64,000 nucleotides of DNA from an uncultured Planctomycetota bacterium (GTDB taxonomy: Bacteria > Planctomycetota > Planctomycetia > Gemmatales > Gemmataceae): positions 416,001-480,000 of the forward strand of contig CAWKHF010000002.1 of the NCBI GenBank assembly GCA_963849325.1, written 5' to 3'. A program made the translations under genes and the position numbers. Positions 31,369 through 40,868 of the stretch are shown piece after piece; the stretch's first letter is position 1, and each line of letters opens with the position of its first letter. The notes beneath the pieces are model-generated. The model saw only the letters and a program-made list of their open reading frames with translations. It was not told where the DNA came from and did not search any database.

Positions 31369-32390
31369 TCAATCCTTGTTGGCGCCGCGGGTTGGTGAAT
31401 CGAGCCATCCCATCGTGCGAAACCACGCCACGGTCTCGGCGAGCGTCTCGGCCACCGGACGCGGCCGCAGTCCGAGTTCGGCGAGGCTGCGCCGCGCGTC
31501 GAAGTGCATGAGGCGGCGCGTCAGCTTGACTCCGGTGACGGTCGCGGCCGGCGCCCTATGGGTAATGACATCAGCGACGAATTCGCTGGCATACGCTGCC
31601 GCCAGGGCGACAGGGTAGGGCACGCGCCAGCGTGGCTCCGGCAGGCCGGTCAAGCGAGCGAGCATCTGAAACACGGTGAGGATCGACAGGTTTTCGTGTC
31701 CCAACAAATAGCGCCGGCCGGGGCGACCGCGCTCCATGGTGCGGACCATGCCCTCGGCCACATCGCGGACGTTGATGAGGTTGAGGTTGGCGTCGAGGTA
31801 TTCGCGGCGTTTGCCCTGGCAGAAATCGAGCATCATCTGCGTCGGCGGCGTCCGGCCGAAGTCGCCGGGACCGACCGGCAACGTCGGGTTGACCACGACC
31901 ACCGGAGCGCCGGCGCGGCCCAGGCGCAAGGCGTGCCGTTCGGCCAGGTATTTCGACCGACAGTAAGGTCCGATGACATCCTCGTAAGTGATGGGCTGCT
32001 CTTCGGTGATGGCGGCGGACTGCCGGGAGCGCGTCAGTATGCTCTCGGTGCTGGCGTGCAGCACTCGCTGGACTCCGGAAGCCAGCGCCGCCTCGATCAC
32101 ATTGACCGTCCCGACGTAATTCACCTGCCGGAATAGTCCGCGTTGCTGCACCCACAAGTGCGGGTTGCCGGCCAGGTGATACACCTCCCGACAGTCGCGC
32201 ACCGCGCCCGGACGGCTGATTTGTCGCGGATGTCCCCTGGCACCACTTCGATGCGGTCACAAGGAAGGTGGGCGATGGGCGCCTGCGGCAGATCGAGGAC
32301 GCGCACCTTCTCGCCGCGCTCGACCAGGAGACGCACCAGATGACTACCGATGAAGCCGGCCCCGCCGGTGACAAGAATGGTGGACTTCAT
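31369..32390 (-). CDS. hpnA: Hopanoid-associated NAD-dependent epimerase/dehydratase (HpnA-like), frameshifted
   Basis: LVTGGAGFIG, YHLAG, YCRSKYLAE, VVVVNPTLPVGPGD..TPP, GRPGRRYLLG. Confidence 0.75.
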
Positions 32391-32414
32391 GAATCTGTAA
32401 TAGAAGGGTACGCC

Positions 32415-33656
32415 TTACTTCTTGCGAAATTCAGGATTGAGCTTACCGGCGAGGAGGGTGAATACGTCACGGACCTGCTCGAAGCCGGCTCGAAGGAGAA
32501 AGTTCGAGTTGCGCCCGTAGCTTTTGGCACCGAGAATGTAGAAGTTCGGCTCCGGGTTGCGCAGCGTCGCCGCACCCGGCGATGCACCGGCCGGATTCTC
32601 CCCGGCGGGTTGCTTGAGCAGGGCGGTCGCCAGGTTCATCGGCCCCAGCGTGGCGTAACATTCGTGGATTTGCAGCTCCCGATATAAGTCAGTGTTGGGC
32701 GTGTAACCCACGTTGGCAATCAGGCGATCGGCGTCCCACGTCATGGCCCGACCGGCGCACAGGGCGCGGACCTTGAAGCCGCGATCGGCGCCGGCGCACT
32801 CGACGGAGGTCACGACGGTCTGCGGATGAAATTCCACATTGCCGTCGCCGCGTGTGGCGAGTCGGTTAGCGCGGACGGCCAGCTGGTCGCGTTCCTTGAA
32901 AGTGTCGTTGACGAAACGCTTGATCGGCTGCGTCCCACTGCCGCGTGCCAGCCAGATGACCCACGAGCCGGGATGCTTCTCCGCCAGCGTCGTCAGGTTG
33001 CAGACCGTGGTGGCCGCGGAGTAGCCGGCGCCGACAACTAGGGTCGTCTTGTCGGCGTAAGTGTTGCGCTTCTCGCCGAGAACGTCTTCCAGCCCCCAGG
33101 CGATGTGCGTCCGAGACGCCATTTCCCCGAAGGCAGGGATACCGCCCTCACCGAGAAAACGCGGTTGGCCGTAGGTGCCCGTGCAGTCGAGCACCACGTC
33201 GGCCTCCTCCATCGTTTCCCGGTTGCCGTGGCGCAGCAGCAACAAGAACGGTTGCTGACCGCGCCGCGCATCGCCAGGAAGGTCTTCCTTAAAGAAGCCG
33301 CGTCGCCCGATGTGCAACACCGTCGTCTCCGCTCGAATGTGCTCGCGCAAGAGCGGCGACTGGGCCAACGGTTCGAGGTAGGCGGCAAGATGTTCGCGGC
33401 CGGTGAGGAGGTCGCCGTCGGCCGGCATCTCGTGACCGGGTTGATCGGCGCGGAGTCGTGCTCGACCCAGGGCCGTGCTGTTCATACCGAAAGGACTGAA
33501 CAAACGGACGTGCCCCCAGAGCTGCAGGTGTTCTCCGACTCGGCCGCGTTCGTAGATGGTGAAGGGGAGTTTCAGCGTGGCCGCCTGAAGAGCGGCTTCC
33601 AGGCCGATCGGACCGGCACCGAGTATGGCGAGGCGAGGTTGATCGCCGCGAGACAT
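32415..33656 (-). CDS. FAD-dependent oxidoreductase / flavoprotein monooxygenase
   Basis: ILGAGPIGL, VLDCTGT, VVGAGYSA, EPNFYILGAKSYGR..GFEQVR. Confidence 0.9.
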   Translation of the reverse strand: MSRGDQPRLAILGAGPIGLEAALQAATLKLPFTIYERGRVGEHLQLWGHVRLFSPFGMNSTALGRARLRADQPGHEMPADGDLLTGREHLAAYLEPLAQSPLLREHIRAETTVLHIGRRGFFKEDLPGDARRGQQPFLLLLRHGNRETMEEADVVLDCTGTYGQPRFLGEGGIPAFGEMASRTHIAWGLEDVLGEKRNTYADKTTLVVGAGYSAATTVCNLTTLAEKHPGSWVIWLARGSGTQPIKRFVNDTFKERDQLAVRANRLATRGDGNVEFHPQTVVTSVECAGADRGFKVRALCAGRAMTWDADRLIANVGYTPNTDLYRELQIHECYATLGPMNLATALLKQPAGENPAGASPGAATLRNPEPNFYILGAKSYGRNSNFLLRAGFEQVRDVFTLLAGKLNPEFRKK

Positions 33657-33673
33657 GTTGTCCTCCCTGCACG

Positions 33674-33759
33674 AAAAAAGGGACTAGGGACTAGGGACAA
33701 GGGACTGGAGAAGAAGCCTCTTCTTCAGTCCCTTGTCCCTAGTCCCTAGTCCCTTTTTT
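33674..33759. repeat. Inverted repeat of GGGACTA heptamers with A/T tails (terminator-like)
   Basis: aaaaaagggactagggactagggacaagggactg .. cagtcccttgtccctagtccctagtccctttttt (34-bp arms). Confidence 0.9.
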
Positions 33760-35082
33760 TCAGACAAATTTCGTCACGCCCGGACGAGCCACTGGCGGGA
33801 CCGGCAGCGACCCGAACTCGTAGGTCGGCGGCGACAGGTCTTCCTTGGAATTCAGCGCCATGTCCCAGGTGATGACCTGGCCGGTATACGTGGCCATGCG
33901 GCCCATGATCGCCATGAGCGTGCTCTTGGCCATCCATTCGCCGTTGTTGATCGGCTTGCCGGCGCGGATGCTGGCGAACAGATCGTCGTGTTCGTTTTGA
34001 TACATGTTCTCGGCATTCCGCCGGCCGCCGCGCGAACGCCAGAGAACATTGCGGCCGGGAACCGAAACGATCGAGCCTTGGGCCGCCAAAGCGTCGATGT
34101 GGCAGGTGCCTATGGTGCCCATAATGTGATCGGACACATCATTGGCACAGCCCTTTTGCTGACGGCAGGCGCTGAACAGCTTGACGCCGTTGGCGTATTC
34201 GTAAGTGACCGTGTGATGGTCGAAGATGTGACCATACTCAGGCTCGGTCCGCACCTGCCGGCCTCCGCTGCCGACGGCGCTGACGGGATATTCGTTTTTC
34301 ATCGCCCAGGCCATCTTGTCGAGGCTGTGGACATGCTGCTCGACATTGAAATCGCCAGACAGCCAGGTGAAGTACAGCCAGTTGCGCAGCTGCCATTCCA
34401 TGTCGCTCCAGCCAGGTTGCCTTTCGCGCTTCCACAAGGGTCCGATGTTGTAGGTACATTGAAGGGCGGTTATGTCGCCGATCGTGCCTTCGTGAACGCG
34501 CTTCATCGTCTCCTGCATGCCGTGGTGATAGCGCCAGCACAGGCCGGCTACGACCGCGAGGTTCTTCGCCTTGGCTTCCGCGCAGGCTTTCAGTACGGCG
34601 CGGACGCCGGGTCCATCAACGGCGCACGGCTTCTCGGCGAAGATGTGCTTGCCCGCCTCAACCGCCGCCTGGAGATGGATCGGCCGGAAGTGCGGAGGCG
34701 TTGTCAGCAGTACCACGTCCACCAGCGGAATGACCTGCTTGTAAGCGTTGAAGCCGGTGAAACAGCATTCCGGCTCGACCTCGACGCGGCTGCCGACGGT
34801 CTTACTTTTCTGGAGGCGTGTCAGGCTGTCTTGCAGACGGTCGGAAAACATGTCGCCCATGGCGACGAGCTTCGTGTTCTTGTCGGCGGTCAGCGCCTGC
34901 TCGGCGGCGCCGGTGCCTCGGCTGCCGCAGCCGATCAGGCCGATGCGGAGGACGTCGCTGCCGCCGGCGTGGACGTTAGGGGCCAGCGAGGTAAACGTGG
35001 CGGCGGCGGCCGCCGCCGCGGCGCCGGCCAGGAAATCGCGCCGCGTGGCCGCGGCTTTCGTCGAGGAGGTTTCGTGCGTCAA
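33760..35082 (-). CDS. Tat-exported Gfo/Idh/MocA oxidoreductase
   Basis: TRRDFL Tat motif, IGLIGCGSRG, HIFAEKP, VEQHVHSLD; TTG start after AGGAG. Confidence 0.92.
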   Translation of the reverse strand: MTHETSSTKAAATRRDFLAGAAAAAAAATFTSLAPNVHAGGSDVLRIGLIGCGSRGTGAAEQALTADKNTKLVAMGDMFSDRLQDSLTRLQKSKTVGSRVEVEPECCFTGFNAYKQVIPLVDVVLLTTPPHFRPIHLQAAVEAGKHIFAEKPCAVDGPGVRAVLKACAEAKAKNLAVVAGLCWRYHHGMQETMKRVHEGTIGDITALQCTYNIGPLWKRERQPGWSDMEWQLRNWLYFTWLSGDFNVEQHVHSLDKMAWAMKNEYPVSAVGSGGRQVRTEPEYGHIFDHHTVTYEYANGVKLFSACRQQKGCANDVSDHIMGTIGTCHIDALAAQGSIVSVPGRNVLWRSRGGRRNAENMYQNEHDDLFASIRAGKPINNGEWMAKSTLMAIMGRMATYTGQVITWDMALNSKEDLSPPTYEFGSLPVPPVARPGVTKFV

Positions 35083-35162
35083 GGTCGGATCTCCTATTGC
35101 GGAGGGAGGAAGGCGAGGCAAGCCATCGTAGATTGTATTAGGCGCATCCGGGCCTGTCCCTG

Positions 35163-36710
35163 TCAAGGATTGGCCTCTGCTTCGCCGCGCGGAAAGATCT
35201 CCCCAGCGAGGCGAGCGGCCTCCCTCGCCGTGGCGAGGAGCTGGTGAAAGACTTTACGGACCTTGCTCTCATCGATCTCGGCGCGGAGGCAGCGCAGCAG
35301 GGCGACCCCGTGGGCCTCGGCCAGCTGCCCGGCCACGGCGGGCAACAGCCACTCCTCGATACCATATACCTTCCCGGCCATCGTACAGATGGGAACCACT
35401 CCCGTCGCGTAGGCGCCGACTTGCTCCCACACCGCCGCCAGCGCTTGCTGGATGTTCTCTTCTTTGCGGCGAGACGGCTGCCGCCAGTCGTAGGGGGGCG
35501 ACCACTCCAGGGCCGGCGAAAGCAGATCAATGTGTGTCACCACGACGAGCAGAGGCGGTTGCTTCAACTCCGGGTGGGAGGCGAACCATTCTCGCAGCTC
35601 GTGCAGCACTTGCACGTCGGCTTGCCGGGCCGGGTTGCGCGCGTGCAGTACCAACAGCATCAAGTCCGACTGCCGGGCGCTGTCGCAGGTCACGGCGAGT
35701 TGATCGGCCTTGGCCCCCTCGTGTCCGTAACCGACCGTATCGAGAAGGACCAAATCGGCAGGGACGCCCTGGGGGTGCAAGTGATACCGCGTCACTCCCG
35801 CAGTCGCCGGCAGCACGTCCGTCAGAGCCTGTTGCTCACCGAGCAAGGCGTTGATGAGGCTGGATTTCCCCGCCTTCACCTGCCCGAGTACCGTCACCGT
35901 TACCTGGCGGGCGGACGGCGCCGGTTGAGTTGTCGTAGGCTGTGCGGCGCTCGGGAGCAACTCGCGGAAGCGGTCGGCGCCGATTCGGAGCCGGCCGCTG
36001 TTCAGCTCCACCAGATACGTTCCGAGGCGATGGACGTAGGCGGTGTAAAACCACAGGATCAAGTTCTGTTGCAGCATTTGCCAGGGCTGCGACAGACCCA
36101 GCTTCGACGCGGTAAAACGCGCTCCCGTTTCCAGGGGCGAGAACAGGGCCGTGATCGCCCAGTACACGTTGCTTGCCGGCTGATACCAGTCGAGGGCCTT
36201 CTTGGCGCGGCGCCAGTCCTTGATGGTCAGCAGATGGCCGCCGGGTACGTAGCGATCCACCAACTCCGCGAGATCGTGCGCGGCCAACTCAATGACGGCC
36301 AGGATTTCCGGCACGGTCAAGTTGGAGATGGGATCGCTTGTCCCCGGATGATAGAAGACGGCCAACTCGGCAGCCATTTCCTCCGCCGTGGTCAGATAAT
36401 GGCCCAGATTGCTCATTTTCTCCGTCGGCAGGGAATTGGCCGCCTCCGCCCGCGCCTCGACCAAGCGCCAGGCTTGCTGGTCGCGCTCGGTCCAGTGGCG
36501 GGGGGCACTGAAATCGGGGGGATGCAGCAGCACGCGCTTGCGCTGCCAGTACCAGCCAAGGGTGTAGCCGAGTCCCACGCACAGGGCCAGAGGCCACCAG
36601 GCGAAGAATCCCCAGCGCAGCGTCCATAGATAGTAGGAACCGGCGCCTGCCAGGAACAGGAAAGGTACGACCGTTAGGCCAATTACCAGCAGGATACGCC
36701 AGCGGCTCAT
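35163..36710 (-). CDS. Membrane-anchored Era/MMR_HSR1-like GTPase
   Basis: Two N-terminal TM helices; G1 GQVKAGKSS, G3 DTVG, G4 THID. Confidence 0.85.
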   Translation of the reverse strand: MSRWRILLVIGLTVVPFLFLAGAGSYYLWTLRWGFFAWWPLALCVGLGYTLGWYWQRKRVLLHPPDFSAPRHWTERDQQAWRLVEARAEAANSLPTEKMSNLGHYLTTAEEMAAELAVFYHPGTSDPISNLTVPEILAVIELAAHDLAELVDRYVPGGHLLTIKDWRRAKKALDWYQPASNVYWAITALFSPLETGARFTASKLGLSQPWQMLQQNLILWFYTAYVHRLGTYLVELNSGRLRIGADRFRELLPSAAQPTTTQPAPSARQVTVTVLGQVKAGKSSLINALLGEQQALTDVLPATAGVTRYHLHPQGVPADLVLLDTVGYGHEGAKADQLAVTCDSARQSDLMLLVLHARNPARQADVQVLHELREWFASHPELKQPPLLVVVTHIDLLSPALEWSPPYDWRQPSRRKEENIQQALAAVWEQVGAYATGVVPICTMAGKVYGIEEWLLPAVAGQLAEAHGVALLRCLRAEIDESKVRKVFHQLLATAREAARLAGEIFPRGEAEANP

Positions 36711-36730
36711 GGGGCGAGCCTCCCTCGGTG

Positions 36731-37917
36731 TCAGGACTTGTTCGTCTTCCAGGCTTGCTCGGCGCGGGTGAGTTGGCCGCGGTAATAGCGACGCAACTCC
36801 TCCGGTTGCGGTACGTGGCCCTGGTGGACGGCCTGGTAGTAAAAACAGAACGCCTTGCCCAGCGCGAAGGTGGATGCACTGGCCAGGGCGCTGCTGGCCA
36901 TCGTACCCAGCACCGGCCCGACATAAGGGACGTACTTGAGCAGCAGCCGCGAACCCTGCCGCAACAACATGCCCAGGCCGAGCGTGCTGGCGATCTCCAG
37001 GAAACGCGGTGCGGTCAGAGGTTGGCCGTACAGCTGCGCCAGGTGATATACCATCCGCGACTGAATGCCGGACAGCAGGACCAGATCGACGATAGGCACC
37101 GGCATGGCGCCGGCGCTGCCGGCGAGGGTGCTGTAACCGACGATGTACGGCAGCGCCTGCCGGGCGTAGAAGTCTTGCAAGTCGCGGCTGGCCTCTCCCA
37201 GCGAGAGCAAGGTCTGGCGGTAGGCTGCGGGCAGTAATTCGAGCAGTGCATCGCGCAGCGGCGCTCCGCCGTAGTCGGGATCGTTAAAGCCTTCCTCGGC
37301 CGTCGTCAGGTCCACCGCGACGACGCGATCGATCAGACCCTCGAAACGCCGGCGCTGTTCCGCGAGGCTGCGCAACAGATCAGACGGCAGGGCAGGGGAG
37401 TCGGTCCTCGGTTCGGCGTTTGGCCCGAAAGGGTAGGGGAGGGGGTGCTGCTGTTGCGGATACGCTTCGTGCAGGCACGTCAGCACCAGCAGCACCGGCC
37501 GAGCGACCTTCGCCGCGCGGATGGTGCGCAGGTGCGTCAGGACGTTCGCCTGAGCATGATCCAACGCCTTGACGGTGACGATCAACACCTGCGCCTGGTC
37601 GTTGAACGCGCGAGATCCTCGGCCGGATCGTAGCCCGGCTCATCGAGTCCGCGCGTGTCGAGAAAGGTGAGCAGCGGCGCCTCCCGCAGCGGAAACTGGT
37701 ACTGACGCGAGAAGCGCGTGCAGGGTTGAAAACCCTTACCGATCTCGGCGGATTCGGCGCCGGTCAGCGATCGGATCAGCGACGTTTTGCCGCTTTGGGT
37801 CTTGCCCAGCAGCCAGAAGACCGGCACGGGCATCTGTTGCCGCAGTCGTTCGAGGTACTCCTGCAAGCGCGACTCCCGCGCCGAGGCCGAAAATAGGTGC
37901 TTGATGCGCTCGAACAT
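36731..37917 (-). CDS. GTPase with C-terminal DUF697/YcjF-like domain (frameshifted)
   Basis: G1 GKTQSGKTS, G3 DTRG; AGAMPVPIVDL..IQSRMVYHLAQLYG; KYVPYVG. Confidence 0.85.
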
Positions 37918-38177
37918 CACGCGATCTCGGCGACCAAGCGGGACCGCATCGGCCTGATGGGAGGGCGAAACGGCGCCGCTTGAGGGGACTGGGGCCTTCA
38001 CGGACTTTATTGTAAGCACCCTCCGCCGCCCAGTGTCCAGAAGCGCGGCGAATCTCGAATTGAAGGCGACAGATCGTCTTGACGCGCCTGGGGGAATGGG
38101 CTATGTCCGCAGGTGTTTGGGGGGACGACCGCCGGCACCGAGCGGCGGAGGGACCGATTCGGAACGAGGGCAGAGGC

Positions 38178-39065
38178 ATGGCGGAATCCTATTCCCGTAA
38201 GCTGCAACTCTGGGAAGGCTGGATGCCGGCGCTCGTCAAGGGGCCGTCGCCGCCCGTACTCGGCGAGCGCGTTTTGGCCGGACCGCAGCACGTCCCCGAG
38301 TTCGCCGACCGCCTCTACGCCGGCGAGACGCTGCACGCCAATGGCCGTCTCCCGGAAGGGGCGGCGCCGTTCACCTTGCAATGGTTCCTCGACATCGAGA
38401 ACGCCCGCCACAGCCGGCAGGGCCGCTGGATTCCGCGTCTCCTGGAGTTCGCCAAGCACGGCGGAGAGACACTCCTGGGCCTGGGCAATGGTCTGGGCAC
38501 CGACTGGATTCAATACGCCCGCCACGGTGCCGATGTCATCGCTTGCTCTCCTTCCGCCGAACAACTCACCCTGATTCAGCGCAATTTCGAGCTGCGTGGT
38601 CTCCGCGGCGTCTTCCTGCACGCCAATCCGCGGGCCATCCCCCTCGAATCGGCCTCGATCGACGTGGTGTGTGTGACCAATCTCTTGCAGGACATTCCCG
38701 ATCCGCCGAGTGTCATTGAGGAGATTTATCGCCTGCTCAAACCCGGCGGCAAGGTGCTGGCCGTTACGCCGGCTCGTTACGACATCGATTTCTGGCGCCG
38801 CCGCTTTCTGCCCTGGCACGCCTGGTTGCGCTCGCGGCGCAGGCCAACCCTGCCGGCGGCTGCCTGCAGCGGTCGAGGTCTCCGTCAGCAGTTCAGCCGG
38901 TTTGTCGAAGCGCGTGTCTACAAGCGTCACCTGCGCCGCTCCGAGGTGCCCCATCTGTGGCGGTGGATGCCGCATCCGCTCCTGGAACGGCTGTTCGGAC
39001 GAGTCCTGGTCATCAAGGCTTTCAAACCCCTGAGTGCCGCGACCGCGGTGCAGATGGCCGCATAA
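38178..39065 (+). CDS. Class I SAM-dependent methyltransferase-like protein
   Basis: LLGLGNGLGTD, IPLESASIDVV, EIYRLLKPGG. Confidence 0.85.
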   Translation: MAESYSRKLQLWEGWMPALVKGPSPPVLGERVLAGPQHVPEFADRLYAGETLHANGRLPEGAAPFTLQWFLDIENARHSRQGRWIPRLLEFAKHGGETLLGLGNGLGTDWIQYARHGADVIACSPSAEQLTLIQRNFELRGLRGVFLHANPRAIPLESASIDVVCVTNLLQDIPDPPSVIEEIYRLLKPGGKVLAVTPARYDIDFWRRRFLPWHAWLRSRRRPTLPAAACSGRGLRQQFSRFVEARVYKRHLRRSEVPHLWRWMPHPLLERLFGRVLVIKAFKPLSAATAVQMAA

Positions 39066-39069
39066 ACCT

Positions 39070-39152
39070 GAATAGGGAATAGGGAATAGGGAATAGGGAA
39101 TAGAGGCGAGAAATGACGGTCCCTATTCCCTATTCCCTATTCCCTATTCCCT
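39070..39152. repeat. Inverted tandem heptamer arrays (GAATAGG)x4 and (CCTATTC)x4
   Basis: Seen directly at 39070-39104 and 39122-39152. Confidence 0.95.
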
Positions 39153-39168
39153 CTCTTGGAAAACACAG

Positions 39169-39198
39169 CAGGCCCACGAACCGAAGTTCGTGGGCCTG
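39169..39198 (-). terminator. Hairpin with C(UUCG)G tetraloop on the minus strand
   Basis: Minus strand caggcccacgaac-TTCG-gttcgtgggcctg followed by ctgtgtttt. Confidence 0.65.
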
Positions 39199-39199
39199 T

Positions 39200-39440
39200 G
39201 CGTTGGGATAAACTCGAGGTAGTGGCTCCCAGCGCGAGGTGGCGACTCAACGCGAGCGCCACCCAGCCACTACCTCGATGGCTCAGAGTCGGAGCGCCTG
39301 TCTGACTGAACCCTAGCCGACACCGGAGGGACCAGCAAGGCGATAGATCGAGTTGGAGTCTCTTTTCCGGCATCTAGAGTTCCGAAGGTGACGGTTGCGT
39401 CAGCTGGCCCGATTGCAGGGATCGCAACGGCCACCTGCTA
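39200..39440 (-). ncRNA. Candidate structured small RNA, family not recognised
   Basis: 14-bp stem tcgaggtagtggct/agccactacctcga with an inner ggtggcg/cgccacc stem; no credible ORF; ends at the minus-strand hairpin. Confidence 0.35.
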
Positions 39441-39459
39441 GCACGGAGTATTCCGCATC

Positions 39460-39819
39460 ATGCCGCGTTTCGTCATTTTGGAACACGATCATCCGTTGCT
39501 GCACTGGGACTTCATGCTGGACTCGGGAGCGGCCTTGAGGACGTGGCGGTTGGCGACGTCACCCCGCACCGGCGAGGCAATCGACGCCCTCGCCATTTTC
39601 GATCATCGCTTGATGTACCTGGATTACGAAGGCCCCATCCACGGAGATCGCGGCCGGGTCGTCCGCTGGGAGCACGGCACATTTGACTGGGAGATTCAGG
39701 AAGCGGACCGGATTGTGGTGCGTCTGCACGGTGAACAGCTGCGGGGTGTTCTGCGGTTGGAACAGGTGACGGAGGACAACTGGCGCGGCGCGTTTCTGGC
39801 TGACACGCCCGACTCGTGA
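39460..39819 (+). CDS. Stand-alone LigD 3'-phosphoesterase domain protein
   Basis: RFVILEH..LHWDFML..LRTW..DHRLMYLDYEG..GRVVRWEHG. Confidence 0.9.
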   Translation: MPRFVILEHDHPLLHWDFMLDSGAALRTWRLATSPRTGEAIDALAIFDHRLMYLDYEGPIHGDRGRVVRWEHGTFDWEIQEADRIVVRLHGEQLRGVLRLEQVTEDNWRGAFLADTPDS

Positions 39820-39855
39820 ACAGGGCAGGGGAGAGGGGAGCGGAGCCTTCTGGAA

Positions 39856-40590
39856 TCAATCGGTCTGGAACTTGAAACCGAGAAGGGGGTTGGCCAGGAA
39901 CGCCCGCAGCGATGCCGGATCCTTGGTGCGGCCCTGGATGTGGATGGCCCCCTGGTCCAGTTTGATCAGCTCCAGTTCCAGGGTCGGGTGAGGCTGTTCG
40001 GCCTGGAAGCGGAGCAGAGCGACGGGGAAACCCTCATCTCGATACCAATCCACGCCGATGCCGTTGTCCTGGCAGGTCTTGGTGATGTTCTCCAACAGCG
40101 ATTGCGCCGAGATCGGCAGGGCGCCGGCGTGAAAGCCCACCAGTTTCAGGGCGACGACATTCGGCTCGCCTTTGACCAGCCACAGGCGCAGGTCGATGGA
40201 GATGACGGTACTCCATAGACCACTGCCGTAGCGGAAGGCCACGCGAACCTTGTCCGGTTCAATGACGAGGCGCGGTTGGCTGATGCCCTCGGGCAGCAGT
40301 TGTTTGTCGAGTCGGGTCTGCACGAAATGCTCGGCCAGGTAACTGTTGATCTCGCCGTCACTGAAACAATGTCCCCATTCTTGATCGTCATGGTCGGTGA
40401 CGGAGTTGAGCAGCTTCATCAATTCGCGTTGGCACTTCTCCGAGAGTTGGTGCCGCGTTTCGCCGGGAGGCACGGCCGCCCGCAGATACAGACGCGGTTC
40501 GTAGCGGACCAGCATCCACAAAGTCGTGCCCACCCCGCAGGTCAGGCAGAAGAAAATGCCGATTGCCAGGAAAAACGATCGACGACTCAT
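39856..40590 (-). CDS. Hypothetical protein with N-terminal membrane anchor
   Basis: Intact 244-aa ORF, GGAGG SD, hydrophobic N-terminus. Confidence 0.75.
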   Translation of the reverse strand: MSRRSFFLAIGIFFCLTCGVGTTLWMLVRYEPRLYLRAAVPPGETRHQLSEKCQRELMKLLNSVTDHDDQEWGHCFSDGEINSYLAEHFVQTRLDKQLLPEGISQPRLVIEPDKVRVAFRYGSGLWSTVISIDLRLWLVKGEPNVVALKLVGFHAGALPISAQSLLENITKTCQDNGIGVDWYRDEGFPVALLRFQAEQPHPTLELELIKLDQGAIHIQGRTKDPASLRAFLANPLLGFKFQTD

Positions 40591-40689
40591 CCGTGGGCCT
40601 CCTGCCGAACGAAGCGGCCGCGCTCCGTCGATTGCGGAGCGACCCGCGGACGGGATAATCTATCTTCGGAAAAAGATCAACGGCGACCT

Positions 40690-40868
40690 CGCTGCCTTCC
40701 GGCGACTGCGGATGACAAGGTGACAAGGTGACAAGGTGACAAGGTGACAAGGTGACAAGGTGACAAGGTGAAGAGAGGAAAACGAGGAGGGGTGGCAGAC
40801 TGCGAAGACTGTCACCCCTCATCCTGTCACCTTGTCACCTTGTCATCCGCAGTCGCCGGAAGGCAGCG
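40690..40868. repeat. 44-bp inverted repeat enclosing a (TGACAAGG)x7 tandem array
   Basis: Arms 40690-40733 and 40825-40868; seven octamer units at 40713-40768. Confidence 0.92.

Noticed and set aside
33733-35247. Long antisense ORFs (this one, and 525..1442, 15063..16853, 35244..36629, 40768..42288, 48744..51044)
   Set aside because: Shadow frames of recognisable genes in high-GC DNA, with no motifs of their own
39137-39373. 78-aa minus-strand ORF
   Set aside because: No RBS or recognisable motif, and it runs through hairpins and the heptamer array
39070-40868. Tandem repeats as CRISPR arrays
   Set aside because: Units are 7-8 nt with no spacers, and there are no cas genes
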